A stretch of DNA of 39,676 nt, from contig CAZNVF010000001.1 in the NCBI GenBank assembly GCA_964576395.1, positions 1-39,676 of the forward strand, given 5' to 3'. The DNA is from an uncultured Oscillospiraceae bacterium (GTDB lineage Bacteria; Bacillota; Clostridia; Oscillospirales; Ruminococcaceae). The notes under the pieces are model-generated. The model made no database searches. It was not told the origin of the DNA and saw only the letters and a list, made by a program, of their open reading frames with translations. Positions 18,864 to 28,917 of this stretch are shown in pieces. The translations under genes were made by a program, and so were the position numbers. Numbering within the stretch: position 1 is the stretch's first letter; every line of letters starts with the position of its first letter.

Positions 18864-18903
18864 AAAGCACATGGGGGAAGACTTTTACCCATTGTGCTTT
18901 TTG
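18864..18903 (+). terminator. Intrinsic terminator after the kinase gene
   Basis: AAAGCACATGGG pairs with CCCATTGTGCTTT (one bulge), followed by TTTTG. Confidence 0.6.
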
Positions 18904-18932
18904 TCCATAAAATGTAAGGTTTTTGTTCCCCA

Positions 18933-18961
18933 TTGAAAAAAGCCTTATTAAATGTTATATT
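18933..18961 (+). promoter_or_regulatory. Sigma-A promoter of the U32 peptidase gene
   Basis: TTGAAA (18933-18938), a 17-nt spacer and TATATT (18956-18961). Confidence 0.5.
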
Positions 18962-18995
18962 AATACCGATATTTAAAAAAGGAGTTTTTTATTTT

Positions 18996-20195
18996 ATGTC
19001 AAAACCAGAGCTTCTTGCGCCGGCGGGGGATATGGAATGCCTTGAAACAGCGGTGCATTTTGGTGCTGATGCCGTTTATATTGGCGGACCGCTTTTGCAG
19101 CTTCGGGCGGAAAATGTTGGCTTTACTGAAGATGATATTGTGAATGCCATAAAATATGCCCATATGCACGGCGTGAAAATTTATATCACTGTCAACTGCT
19201 TTGCAAACAATGAGGAAATAGATAAGGCCCCTGACTACGCCCGTTTTCTCTATGAGGCCGGCGCCGACGCCGCAATAGTTTCCGATATTGGTCTCATTGC
19301 CGCCATTCACGAGGCGGTTCCGGAGCTTGAAATACATGTTTCCACTCAGGCGAACTGTATGAATTTTAATTCGGCAAAGGTCTATTACCGAATGGGCGCA
19401 AAGCGTATTATTGCCGCAAGGGAGCTGACGCTTGAGCAGATAGCGGAACTTCGTGGAAGGATCCCAGAGGATATGGAGATTGAGGCCTTTGTTCATGGAG
19501 CGATGTGCATGTCCTATTCCGGGCGCTGCATGATCTCATCGTTTCTAACAGGACGCAGCGGCAACCGAGGCGGCTGTGCCCAACCCTGCCGCTGGAGCTA
19601 CCACCTTATGGAGCAAAAGCGCCCGGGGGAGTTTTTCCCCATAGTAGAGGATGAAAATGGCACTGCGATACTTAGCTCATTTGATATGTGCGCCGCGGGC
19701 TTTTTGGACAAGCTTAAGGCGGCCGGAGTTTCTTCTTACAAAATAGAAGGCAGAATGAAAACGCCGTTTTATGTTGGAACAGCGGTAAATGCCTACCGCC
19801 ATGCCATTGATGGCGACCTGCCCATTGAGGTGATAGAGCGCGAACTTGACAGTATAAGCCATAGGCCCTATTCGAGTGCTTTTTATTTTGGAGAGATGAA
19901 ACACAACCACACCGAAGGCAGCGGGGCATATATTCAAAAATGCCTTTTCGCCGGCAAGGTGCTCAAATATGAGCACGGTTTTGCGACGATAGAACAGCGC
20001 AACAACTTTCACGTGGGCGACGTGCTCGAGGCTGTGTCGCCAAAAGTGGTGGGGAAAAGCTTTGCAGTAGAAGAGATATTTGATACAGATGGCAACAAAA
20101 GGGAGGACGCGCGCTTAATAAAACAGGTGCTGCGTCTGCCATGCCCAATAGAACTTGAGCCCGGGGATCTTTTAAGGTTGCGATTAGAAGAGTAA
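18996..20195 (+). CDS. Peptidase U32 family protein (collagenase-like, RlhA/TrhP-type)
   Basis: The start is trimmed to ATG 18996, behind AAGGAG. MSKPELLAPAGDMECLETAVHFGADAVYIGG and E.FVHGAMCMSYSGRC are typical U32 motifs. 399 aa. Confidence 0.85.
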   Translation: MSKPELLAPAGDMECLETAVHFGADAVYIGGPLLQLRAENVGFTEDDIVNAIKYAHMHGVKIYITVNCFANNEEIDKAPDYARFLYEAGADAAIVSDIGLIAAIHEAVPELEIHVSTQANCMNFNSAKVYYRMGAKRIIAARELTLEQIAELRGRIPEDMEIEAFVHGAMCMSYSGRCMISSFLTGRSGNRGGCAQPCRWSYHLMEQKRPGEFFPIVEDENGTAILSSFDMCAAGFLDKLKAAGVSSYKIEGRMKTPFYVGTAVNAYRHAIDGDLPIEVIERELDSISHRPYSSAFYFGEMKHNHTEGSGAYIQKCLFAGKVLKYEHGFATIEQRNNFHVGDVLEAVSPKVVGKSFAVEEIFDTDGNKREDARLIKQVLRLPCPIELEPGDLLRLRLEE

Positions 20196-20419
20196 TTCTA
20201 TATTGGATATTCTCATTAATGCAATTTATTGGTGAGGCACCGCGCTCTGTACTAGCTATATTTTTTACTTAAATGAGCTGGAAAGGGGCCGCAGATCGGG
20301 TAATAAATGTACCAGCATTAAAGGTATTTTTAAAAATGGTGAGTTGCTGCATCAAGTTTCGCCTGCTTTTTGTCACCGGCGCTGCTTTCAACAAATATTG
20401 TTTGGCAATAAAATATGAA

Positions 20420-20453
20420 GAAAAATGGGCGGCCTGAAGGCCGCCCATTTTTG
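20420..20453. terminator. Bidirectional intrinsic terminator (addA, and possibly the U32 gene)
   Basis: AATGGGCGGCC-TGAA-GGCCGCCCATT is a perfect 11-bp GC-rich stem flanked by an A-run and a T-run. It sits 5 nt from the addA stop. Confidence 0.85.
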
Positions 20454-20457
20454 GTAA

Positions 20458-23400
20458 TTACAGCACCCAAAGCTCCTTTCCAAACCGGAAAGACCAAATA
20501 ACCGCACCGCGTATTGGGCGGCCGAGGGCCTTTGAAAGAAGCTGTGTATACATAAGAATCTGTGCAGAATAACGCTGACGAAGCTCCTCAATATCATCAA
20601 CATAGTCGGTTTTATAGTCAAGAACGAAAAGATCGCGACCATCTTCAAAAATGCAGTCTGCAACGCCCTGAACAGTTATCTTATCCTCAGGGGAGGCGCC
20701 TTCATAACCAAGTTCTGCGGCAGGAAGGCTTTGCAAAAAGCGGAATTCACGACGCACAAAAGAGGATTTTTCTATTCTTGAATAGAGGCTGCTTTCAAAA
20801 AAGGCCCGTACTTTTTGTGGGTTTATAGCTTCGGCCTGCTGCTTTGTAATAAATTTATCTTTCAAAAGACGGTCAATTTCCGCAGTGGGGTCGGCCTTAG
20901 CTTTTTCAAAATCACAAAACTGCATGAATGTGTGCAGTGCGGTGCCGCGTTCTGCGCCAGAAAGAACTCCGCCGGAGGGCTTTGCCCCAAAAAGCAGCTG
21001 TTTGTGCATTTCCTGATGAGTAAGGGAGGAAACACCGGACTTGACGGGTATTTTTTCCGCCGCGGCGAAAGGGTAACGCCACGCTGAACGGGCTTTTAAC
21101 ACCTCAACAAGGTGTTTATCAGCCGGAGCTTTTGACACTTCAAACCATAAAGGAGAGACAGAAGAGTCTTCTTCCGGTGGAGAAACTATACTGAAGTTCC
21201 AACGGGTATCATCCGGAAGCACACAGCTCTCTTCAAGACCGGCAGCAGCGCGAAGATCTGCGGCGTCGGGGTGACGCAAAAGGGCCGTAAAGAGCCAATC
21301 TGCCTCACATTTAGCTGCGGAAACGCAAAAAGGGTCGAGCCGCTCACCGGCGCGGGCGTTCGCCGCAAGAGAAGAGAGATAGCCCGCAGCATTTTTTTTG
21401 GCGCAGGTCATAATGAGGTTTTCTTTTGCTCTTGTCATTGCAACATAAAGGATCCGCATCTCCTCTGCCAATGAAAGGCGGCGAAGCTCAATTTTAAGCG
21501 CTTCCTGAGGAACGGTGGAAAAGCGGATGCCGGTATTTTTGTCCCGGCGAGCGCAGGCAAAGCCGAGTTTTGGATGAAGAAGAGGCATATCTGTACGGTT
21601 ATCAAAGTTAAATTTGCGGCCGGTACCGCAAAGGTATACGACTGGGAATTCAAGCCCCTTAGAACCATGAATACTCATTATTCTTACGCAGTTGCCGCCA
21701 AATCCGGTGTAGCCAGCAGGGGCAAGGTCATCATTCCGTTCTTCCAGGTGGGCAACAAAACGCAAAAAGCCCGAAAGCCCATGGTAGCCGGCAGCCTCAC
21801 GGTCAGCGGCATATTTTACGAGTAAACGTAGATTGGAAAGGCGAAGTTCGCCATTTTCACAGCCGCGCATTATCTGCGGGTAGGAAGTTATGGCATAGAG
21901 CTGTTCTATGACGGAGTCGGCCGTTTCACAGGCAGCGAAGCGGCGAATTTCAGAAAGGACTTTGATGAAATTCGCTGCCTTGGTATTTCCGCCTTCGGCA
22001 GAAAGCTTCACCGCTGAATAGAGGGGAAGGGTGCGGCCTAAAAGGCGTATCTCTGCAAGTTCATCCGGGGTAAAAAGGAACATCTCAGAGAGCATTGCCC
22101 CTGCAATAGGCAAATCAAGCAAAGGGTTATCCGCCGCTTTGAGCACATCAAGAACAGCGGAAATTTCCGGTTGGGTGAGAAAGCCGGAGCCATGCTCGCT
22201 GCGGCAAGCAATACCGCGCTTTCTCAGGGCGGAAACAAAAATGTCCCCTTGAGTTTTCATGGAGCGCAAAAGAATACAAATATCAGAAAAACGCACTGGG
22301 CGGGTGTTGTCCCCATCTTTTATGGGAACAGCTCTTACAATCATATTATATATGTGCTCTGCAACAGCAGCGGCTTCAGCCTTAACGGTTTCGCAGTCGC
22401 CGGCTTCAACAAGCAAAAACTCATTTCTGACGAGCCCATCTTCCGGGAAAGAAGCTTCGGGAATGAGCATTTCTTCATCTTTGTAATCCATTTCGGCGGC
22501 CTTGGCAGACATGATCTGTTTAAAGACATAGTTGACTGCACCGGCTATGTTTTTTCGGCTGCGATAGTTGCGGCCGAGCACTATGGTGGCAGGGTAATTT
22601 TTGCCATCAAAAAGGGGCCAGTTACTGCGCTTTTCAAGAAAAAGCTCCGGCATAGCCTGACGAAAGCGGTAAATGCTTTGCTTTACATCACCAACGAAAA
22701 AGAGGTTGTTCCCTTTTGAGATCATTTCGAAAATAGTATCCTGAGCCTTATTTATATCTTGGCACTCGTCCACAAGAATATAGTCGAAGCGCTGAGATAT
22801 GGCCTTTGCGGCAGCAGTGGGAATATAGCGGCCATCACCAGTTTTTTCACTGAGTACAGCAAGAGCGAGCTGTTCAAGGTCGGAAAAATCGAGCACGCGC
22901 TTTTCACGTTTCTTTTCAGAATAGATCCGGTCATAATCCATAGTGAGGGCAAAAAGACACTGAATTTTGGGGTAAAGGTCGGCAATATCCTCTCGAAAAT
23001 CCACTTCAGAGGCGGAAAAAACATCCAAAAGCTTCTTTACACTATCCTTATATTCTTTTCTGGCGGAAGTAATCCTGTCTTTAAAAACGCCGTTAAATCC
23101 CCTGACAGATGGCATTCTGCTAAAAACTGCAAGTGAAAGAGCTTTTCTGAAATCGTCCCATCCACTGTGTTCACAGCGGGAAAGCAGTCCTTTTAGCAGC
23201 AGGATATCGTCCCCGAACATGGGGCAATAGGGCTCGGCGCCGTTTTCAGCGCAGGCATTGAGCATGTATTCGGCGCAGGTTATGCAGTGCTCGAGCACAG
23301 AAGAGGCATAGCTTAGTAAAATTTTGCCCCACACGGTTTCAGCCGCGGGCACGGAGGGATCATACATGGCGGCCTTTTCCAAAAGCCAGTCTTCATAGTG

Positions 23401-23961
23401 GGGCAGAGCGCGAATAAAATTATGCAGAGTTAGCGCGGCTTCCTCAAGGCCTGAGTCACTGCGTCCGCCGCCAAGAGTTTCCACAAGTTCAGTGAAAACG
23501 GGGCCGCCGTTCTGGTAATAAGTTTCAAGTGCTTCCCCCATGGCGTCGGAGGAAAGTGCATTCGTCTCTTGATCGTCAGCAATGCGTGAATCCGGCGGAA
23601 TACCAATCGTACTAAAATTTTCCCGTATTACATCAAGGCAAAAGGAGTGTATGGTGCTGATATGAGCACGTTCCATAAGGAGCTGCTGACGGCTGAGACG
23701 GACATCTGCCGGGTGCTGGGCAGAAAGTTCACCAAGAGCAGCATTTATTCTGCTCTTCATCTCGGAGGCGGCAAGGTTGGTGAATGTAACCACAAGGAGC
23801 CTATCTGCATCGACGGGGCGTTCATCGTCAGTAAGCAGGCGAATTACTCGCTCTACAAGTACGGCAGTCTTTCCGCTGCCTGCGGCAGCAGAAACAAGAA
23901 GGTTGCCGCCTAAAGAAACTATGGCCGAAAGCTGCTCTGGGTTCCAGTTCCTATTGGGCAT
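20458..23961 (-). CDS. addA: ATP-dependent helicase/nuclease subunit A (AddA)
   Basis: The start is trimmed to ATG 23961 (MPNRNWNPEQLSAI...AAAGSGKTAVLVERV). It is a UvrD-like helicase with a C-terminal PD-(D/E)xK nuclease (LDYKTD). It overlaps the addB stop by 11 nt. Confidence 0.92.
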   Translation of the reverse strand: MPNRNWNPEQLSAIVSLGGNLLVSAAAGSGKTAVLVERVIRLLTDDERPVDADRLLVVTFTNLAASEMKSRINAALGELSAQHPADVRLSRQQLLMERAHISTIHSFCLDVIRENFSTIGIPPDSRIADDQETNALSSDAMGEALETYYQNGGPVFTELVETLGGGRSDSGLEEAALTLHNFIRALPHYEDWLLEKAAMYDPSVPAAETVWGKILLSYASSVLEHCITCAEYMLNACAENGAEPYCPMFGDDILLLKGLLSRCEHSGWDDFRKALSLAVFSRMPSVRGFNGVFKDRITSARKEYKDSVKKLLDVFSASEVDFREDIADLYPKIQCLFALTMDYDRIYSEKKREKRVLDFSDLEQLALAVLSEKTGDGRYIPTAAAKAISQRFDYILVDECQDINKAQDTIFEMISKGNNLFFVGDVKQSIYRFRQAMPELFLEKRSNWPLFDGKNYPATIVLGRNYRSRKNIAGAVNYVFKQIMSAKAAEMDYKDEEMLIPEASFPEDGLVRNEFLLVEAGDCETVKAEAAAVAEHIYNMIVRAVPIKDGDNTRPVRFSDICILLRSMKTQGDIFVSALRKRGIACRSEHGSGFLTQPEISAVLDVLKAADNPLLDLPIAGAMLSEMFLFTPDELAEIRLLGRTLPLYSAVKLSAEGGNTKAANFIKVLSEIRRFAACETADSVIEQLYAITSYPQIMRGCENGELRLSNLRLLVKYAADREAAGYHGLSGFLRFVAHLEERNDDLAPAGYTGFGGNCVRIMSIHGSKGLEFPVVYLCGTGRKFNFDNRTDMPLLHPKLGFACARRDKNTGIRFSTVPQEALKIELRRLSLAEEMRILYVAMTRAKENLIMTCAKKNAAGYLSSLAANARAGERLDPFCVSAAKCEADWLFTALLRHPDAADLRAAAGLEESCVLPDDTRWNFSIVSPPEEDSSVSPLWFEVSKAPADKHLVEVLKARSAWRYPFAAAEKIPVKSGVSSLTHQEMHKQLLFGAKPSGGVLSGAERGTALHTFMQFCDFEKAKADPTAEIDRLLKDKFITKQQAEAINPQKVRAFFESSLYSRIEKSSFVRREFRFLQSLPAAELGYEGASPEDKITVQGVADCIFEDGRDLFVLDYKTDYVDDIEELRQRYSAQILMYTQLLSKALGRPIRGAVIWSFRFGKELWVL

Positions 23962-26900
23962 CTGTCTCACCGCCTTCCAAAAGTTTATAAAATTCGTCGT
24001 TTTTGAAGCTTTGGTGTTCGATAAATGGGCCATCCTCCGACCGGCGGCAAACGGAACGGAAAGAGCATCTTTCACAGGAAAGGCCCTGCCCTTTTTTGTA
24101 TGGCACAGCGCTGATTTTTCCGCCGGATAATTCATCGGCCATTTTGATAAGCAGGGAGTCTATATGCTTTTTTATTTCACCCAGCTGAGCAAGAGTGGCA
24201 ACGGAGCCGGAGTAGCCGTCTTTTTTGGCTTTAACAGGGATAAAAACACCCTTAAGCCCGGGTTCCATTGCGTTGAGCACTGATTCATCGTCAAGAAGGA
24301 GTCCATTCATACGGAGCGTCTCTGCAAGGGCTGATGAACTACCTTCCGCTATGCTGTTTCGCGGCATAGTGACAACGGAATCCCTTGCGGGCATATAAAG
24401 CACGCCGGCAGGAAGGGCGCCTGAAAGGCCGCCTTTACCTCCTTTCCATATTGAAAAGAGATAGACGAGCATTTGTATGTTGATTCCATAAAAGACATCG
24501 GAAAGGTCAAATTTTTTGACGCCAGATTTATAGTCCACCACCCTGACGTAACGTTTACCGTTTCTGTTTAGAATATCTACGCGGTCGATCTTTCCTTCCA
24601 CAATGACTTCTTTTCCGTCGGGGGTAATGAGCCTGTATGAAGATACTTCACTTTCTCCTCCTACGGTTAGCTCGAAAGCATAGGGTTCGAATTCTGAAAG
24701 ATGAAATTCTTCTCCAAGGTGGCGAAGCAGCCTAAAAATAAAGCTGGCGATTCTTTTATAAAGATACATAAATCGGCTGGTCTTATCCTTTTCTGAGCCG
24801 AAAACGTTCTCCATATATTCTGCAAGCACGGAGTCTATTTCATTACGAAGTTCAGAGTCAGAAAGGGAGTAAAGCCCGTTTCCACCATGGGCTGAGACTA
24901 CTTGCTGCAGTACACTGTGTATAAGGTTTCCTGTTGAAATAGGAGAAAGCTCGGCTTTCTGTCTGTCTTTAAGGGAAAGGCCCGCCTTGATAAAATAGGA
25001 AAATGGACAGCTTTCATAAGTTTCTATCCTTGTGGGAGAAAAGCGCATACGGGAACCAAAAAGCCTTTCTGCATTTTCGCGCTTCTTCAGCATAAAGTTT
25101 TCCGGCCTTACAGCCATGCCGAGCTTTGCGGCACGTTCACACCAAATGGGGCTTTTGGCAAAATAGTCTTTAAGTGCCTCTGAAGCTGGGGTGGAGACAC
25201 CGCCAAATGAAGAAAGGCGCTCAAAAGCAAAGCTTTCACAGCAGAGCCAGAATTCTTCTGGAAGATCGGATGTGCGAAGTTCGGAAATTGACCTTACCGA
25301 TTCGCTAAGGCGTCTAATCAGTACAGAAGGGCTTTGTTCGGCACAAGCGGAGTCATATTTGGGAAAACTGACAAAGAGCTGCTCAGATGGGGCGGTGAAT
25401 GCCATGTAGGCATACATCCGTTCGGAAAGAAGGGCGTCGTTTTCCCCTTCACTGAGGTCGAGCCCTAATGAGGACATTTCCCGCCGCTCGCTTTCAGTAA
25501 AAAGGCCGCCGGTTTTTGGCTGGGCAGGGAATACCTCGTCGCAGGCTCCGATTATAAAGACTACTTTAGGGTCACTGGGGCGCATGCGGTCGGCAGTACC
25601 CGCTGGAATGCAGTCAAGAGTTTGTGGAAGAGTGCCAATTTTGGCGCTCATAAGCGCGAGTTCGAAAAGCCTGGACATGGAGTTTTCTCCAAGGCGGACC
25701 CCAGCAAGGGCAGAAGAAAATTTATCAAGCAGACATACAAAGTAGCTCCAAAGGGAATCTAGTTCCTCGGCAAAGGCAATGTTTCCTTCAGCGGCGAAGG
25801 AGTCGTAAAGCCGTGAAAGCCCGTCCGTCACTTTACATTCGACCATATAGTCGTAAAGGGCGGAGGAAAACTCTGCTCCATCCGCGTTGGAAAGACGCTT
25901 TTTAAGCTTTTCAAGCGGACTGCAGACGGATCGCCTCAGAGTGTTTATCCGTTCAAGCAGCGCGTGGTCATCCGGGATATTTTCGGAAAAGCCGTTAGGG
26001 TTTCCAGTAAATTCAGAAAAGAAAAGGCGGCCACGGATGTTCCATATAAAGCAGTAGTTTTCAAACTCGGCTACGTCCACCTCTGAAACGGGAAGAATAC
26101 CTGTTTTGAGGATATGCATTATATCTGCAGCGTCAAAGCCGCTGCGGCAGGCCGAAAGGGCGGCGCTAACAAAGGCTGCCAACGGGTGGGAAGATAGTTT
26201 TGCCGGCATGTCCATATAAAGAGGTATGCCGGCCCTCTCAAATGCGGCGGGAAGTGCATGTGAGTACATGGAAAGATCCCTGGCGATGATAGCCATTTCA
26301 CGCCAGCGAAGCCCACGTTCAGCCAAAAGCCGGGCCTCGCAGGCAATGAAGTTTGCCTCATCATATGGGTCGGCGGCGGATATAAGATGCACCGCATTGT
26401 GGTTTTCGTAAATCGGTGCACTGCCAGGGCGGAGAAAATTTTCCTCAAGGTCAATAAGGGCACCGGGACGGCCATCCTCGTCAGGCTGGACTAAAATTGG
26501 GCTTTGAATTGGGACCCCTGAGTCCTTTGCTTTTTTTTCAAGGCGTGCGGCAGTACGCTGTGTTTTTGAAAACAGCCCCGCTCCGCCGGTACGGTCATAT
26601 ATATTCGGACAGCAGAGACTGACAGTAACCATGGGGGACTGGCACAATATAATTCCAAGCATTTTATATTCGCTTCCGGTGAAACCGGTAAAATTATCCA
26701 TATAGACATTCCGGCCTGAAAAAAAGTCCCTCTCGCTGAGAACGTCGCAAGCGCGGGATATATCTGTCAGCGGGTCAAGCCAACTCTTTTCAAGCATTGC
26801 GTCATATAGCGAAAATATGGCGGCAAGGTCAGAGGCTTTATCAGCAAGTGCGCCTTCAGGTGCGGCCGAGACAAGGGCCGAAAGATCATCCACCGTAAGG

Positions 26901-27283
26901 CCTGCGTTTTTCAGCTCGGAATCAGTCTCAACAAGTTTCTTTATGAAAGGCGCACCATGAATATTTTTTTTGTAATATTTTAAACTGCCAGAGCACCCTG
27001 AAAGGGCTGCGCCCATTAAAAGCAGTTTTGTTGTATCATCGGAATATTCGCCGGCAAGGCCACCAAAAGCTCGGAAAATGCTGTTGCAAAGGCGCGAAAA
27101 GCTCAGCACCTCCACATTTTGGGCACCCTTGGGGCCAAGATATTCATCAAGGAGCTTTTCACTCTCAAAAGAGAATTGCTCCGGAACTATGAGGTAGGAA
27201 GGAACAGCAGCAGCCTTGATCTCGGAATATAACCGCGTACGCCGAGCCCTTTCGTTTGTGCCTATTATGAAACGAAGCAACAT
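23951..27283 (-). CDS. addB: ATP-dependent helicase/nuclease subunit B (AddB/RexB)
   Basis: 1110 aa. The C-terminal nuclease (VVDYKSG) has Fe-S cysteines (YESCPFSYF ... CERCSFRSVC). The N-terminal P-loop is degenerate (FIIGTNERARRT). Confidence 0.88.
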   Translation of the reverse strand: MLLRFIIGTNERARRTRLYSEIKAAAVPSYLIVPEQFSFESEKLLDEYLGPKGAQNVEVLSFSRLCNSIFRAFGGLAGEYSDDTTKLLLMGAALSGCSGSLKYYKKNIHGAPFIKKLVETDSELKNAGLTVDDLSALVSAAPEGALADKASDLAAIFSLYDAMLEKSWLDPLTDISRACDVLSERDFFSGRNVYMDNFTGFTGSEYKMLGIILCQSPMVTVSLCCPNIYDRTGGAGLFSKTQRTAARLEKKAKDSGVPIQSPILVQPDEDGRPGALIDLEENFLRPGSAPIYENHNAVHLISAADPYDEANFIACEARLLAERGLRWREMAIIARDLSMYSHALPAAFERAGIPLYMDMPAKLSSHPLAAFVSAALSACRSGFDAADIMHILKTGILPVSEVDVAEFENYCFIWNIRGRLFFSEFTGNPNGFSENIPDDHALLERINTLRRSVCSPLEKLKKRLSNADGAEFSSALYDYMVECKVTDGLSRLYDSFAAEGNIAFAEELDSLWSYFVCLLDKFSSALAGVRLGENSMSRLFELALMSAKIGTLPQTLDCIPAGTADRMRPSDPKVVFIIGACDEVFPAQPKTGGLFTESERREMSSLGLDLSEGENDALLSERMYAYMAFTAPSEQLFVSFPKYDSACAEQSPSVLIRRLSESVRSISELRTSDLPEEFWLCCESFAFERLSSFGGVSTPASEALKDYFAKSPIWCERAAKLGMAVRPENFMLKKRENAERLFGSRMRFSPTRIETYESCPFSYFIKAGLSLKDRQKAELSPISTGNLIHSVLQQVVSAHGGNGLYSLSDSELRNEIDSVLAEYMENVFGSEKDKTSRFMYLYKRIASFIFRLLRHLGEEFHLSEFEPYAFELTVGGESEVSSYRLITPDGKEVIVEGKIDRVDILNRNGKRYVRVVDYKSGVKKFDLSDVFYGINIQMLVYLFSIWKGGKGGLSGALPAGVLYMPARDSVVTMPRNSIAEGSSSALAETLRMNGLLLDDESVLNAMEPGLKGVFIPVKAKKDGYSGSVATLAQLGEIKKHIDSLLIKMADELSGGKISAVPYKKGQGLSCERCSFRSVCRRSEDGPFIEHQSFKNDEFYKLLEGGETDAQ

Positions 27284-27375
27284 AAAACCCCCTTTAACAA
27301 CAACATCAAGTAAAATAATAATAGCACATCCAAAATGAAATTAAAAGGGTGAAAAGAAATCCGGAAAAAACTATA

Positions 27376-27408
27376 CCAAAAAAGCTTCCCCTTAAGGAAG
27401 CTTTTTGA
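27376..27408 (-). terminator. Intrinsic terminator after the TSCPD gene
   Basis: On the minus strand AAGCTTCC..GGAAGCTT is followed by TTTTTTGG. An A-run lies on the other side, so it may act in both directions. Confidence 0.7.
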
Positions 27409-27456
27409 CTAAAAATTCTAACAGAAAGCAAAATAAAGCGGCGGCACTGTTTCAGC

Positions 27457-27717
27457 TTATGCACTCATTTGCTCTTTAGCAGAAAGAAGAGCTTTAGCAA
27501 GCTGGTCGGCGCAAGAGGTGCCGCGGCCGCCACAATCATTATTTAAAAGGCGGTCGATTATATCGTCGGCTTTCCAGCCCTCAAGAATTTTAGGAATGGC
27601 AAGAAGATTGCCGGGGCAACCTCCGAAGAAAACAATGTTGTGAACAGTTCCGTCGTTTTCAAGGTCAAAAGTAATCTTTTTTGAACAGGTTCCATGTGTG
27701 GAATATTCGTAGTGCAT
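27457..27717 (-). CDS. TSCPD-domain small protein (TIGR03905-like, 4-Cys)
   Basis: 86 aa. HGTCSKKI...FFGGCPGN...CGGRGTSCADQL matches the TSCPD/TIGR03905 pattern. Confidence 0.75.
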   Translation of the reverse strand: MHYEYSTHGTCSKKITFDLENDGTVHNIVFFGGCPGNLLAIPKILEGWKADDIIDRLLNNDCGGRGTSCADQLAKALLSAKEQMSA

Positions 27718-27730
27718 ATTTTTTTCTCCT

Positions 27731-28558
27731 TCATTTTGTTTTTTGATAGATATGTATATCGAAAGCCACCTCAGTACTAAGAGAAGTGAGCTTTTTGAGC
27801 TTTTCAGCGCCTTTGGCGGATGTCTTCCAGTAATATGGTGTCATTTGAAAAAGGGCAAAAATATCCTTCGCAGTCTCAATAAAAGCGGTATAACGCACGG
27901 GAACGGTTTCAATGTGTAGAAAGCCCTCATAAGGAATGTCGGCCTCTCTGTTTTCATAGGGGATGTCATATAGTGCCTGTTTGAGCTGCCAAAGGTGGCG
28001 CGCCGCAGGCACAACATAAATGTAGTATCCACCCGGCTTTAGCACCCGGCAATATTCCTTTGCACAAAGCGGGCTGAAAATATTGAGCAGGATATCAAAG
28101 CTTGAGCATGACACCGGCAGCTCAAAAACCGAAGCCACAGCGAACTCTATTTCGCGGTTTCGCTTTGCGGCACGGCGCACAGAAGGGCGGCTTATGTCTA
28201 TTCCAGCCATTTTTAGTGCTGTTCCGCTGCTTTTCAGCGCGTCATATATCCCGGTGGTATAATAGCCTTCACCGCAGCCACAGTCGAGCACAGAAACAAT
28301 ATCTTCATTTGAAAGACGAAGTACGATCCTGCAAAGCTCATCAAGCAAAGGCCTGTAATAGCCTTTGTTCAAAAAGTAAGAGCGGGAAGCGGACATCTCT
28401 TTGCTGTCGCCCGGTATCCTCGAGTTCATTTTGTTGGCCGGAAGCAGGTGAACATAACCTTCAGAGGCCTTATCAAAGCTGTGGCCATGTTTGCAAAAGA
28501 GACGGTTCTGACCGCCAATAAGCGGGGCTTTGCAAATGGGGCATAAAAACATGCTCAT
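27731..28558 (-). CDS. rlmA: 23S rRNA (guanine-N1)-methyltransferase RlmA family
   Basis: 275 aa. It has an N-terminal Zn ribbon (CPICKAPL...CKHGHSFD), YVHLLP, and the SAM motif VLDCGCGEGYY. Confidence 0.85.
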   Translation of the reverse strand: MSMFLCPICKAPLIGGQNRLFCKHGHSFDKASEGYVHLLPANKMNSRIPGDSKEMSASRSYFLNKGYYRPLLDELCRIVLRLSNEDIVSVLDCGCGEGYYTTGIYDALKSSGTALKMAGIDISRPSVRRAAKRNREIEFAVASVFELPVSCSSFDILLNIFSPLCAKEYCRVLKPGGYYIYVVPAARHLWQLKQALYDIPYENREADIPYEGFLHIETVPVRYTAFIETAKDIFALFQMTPYYWKTSAKGAEKLKKLTSLSTEVAFDIHIYQKTK

Positions 28559-28562
28559 ATTT

Positions 28563-28853
28563 TCACCTCATAAAAAAGGCCATGATACTTTTTCCCCAAA
28601 GCAGGGCAATAATCACAGCAGCGTGAATTACCGCCGCAAGCGGCACAAGAATCTTAAAATTCATATGTTTTGTTTTGTGCCGAAAAAAGTACATTCCGCA
28701 AGCAGCGCCGAAAGCCCCGCCCATAAAGGCGAGCCATAAAAGCCTTTTTTCAGGAACGCGGCGCATTTTCTTTTTAGCGAAAAACTTATCTGCGCCGTAA
28801 GCAATAAGCGCCACAAAATTTATAATTATGTAATAGACAGCTATCAGTTCCAC
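28563..28853 (-). CDS. DUF1294 membrane protein
   Basis: 96 aa with a GTG start. YGADKFFAKKKMRRVPEKRLLWLAFMGGAFGA...FRHKT is a typical DUF1294 signature. Confidence 0.75.
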   Translation of the reverse strand: MELIAVYYIIINFVALIAYGADKFFAKKKMRRVPEKRLLWLAFMGGAFGAACGMYFFRHKTKHMNFKILVPLAAVIHAAVIIALLWGKSIMAFFMR

Positions 28854-28888
28854 TTAAAAGTGCCGCCTTTCAAAAAATTGACTACACT

Positions 28889-28917
28889 ATTTTAACATCA
28901 TAGTATGAGGTAGTCAA
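28889..28917 (-). promoter_or_regulatory. Sigma-A promoter of the DUF1294-rlmA-TSCPD operon
   Basis: On the minus strand TTGACT (28912-28917), a 17-nt spacer and TAAAAT (28889-28894). The -35 box is one arm of an inverted repeat (see findings). Confidence 0.6.

Noticed and set aside
20196-20419. A 224-nt non-coding stretch after the U32 gene, including a 33-codon ORF (from about 20336)
   Set aside because: It has no SD, no recognisable RNA motif, no repeats and unremarkable composition. It is most simply a 3' UTR or spacer ahead of the shared terminator.
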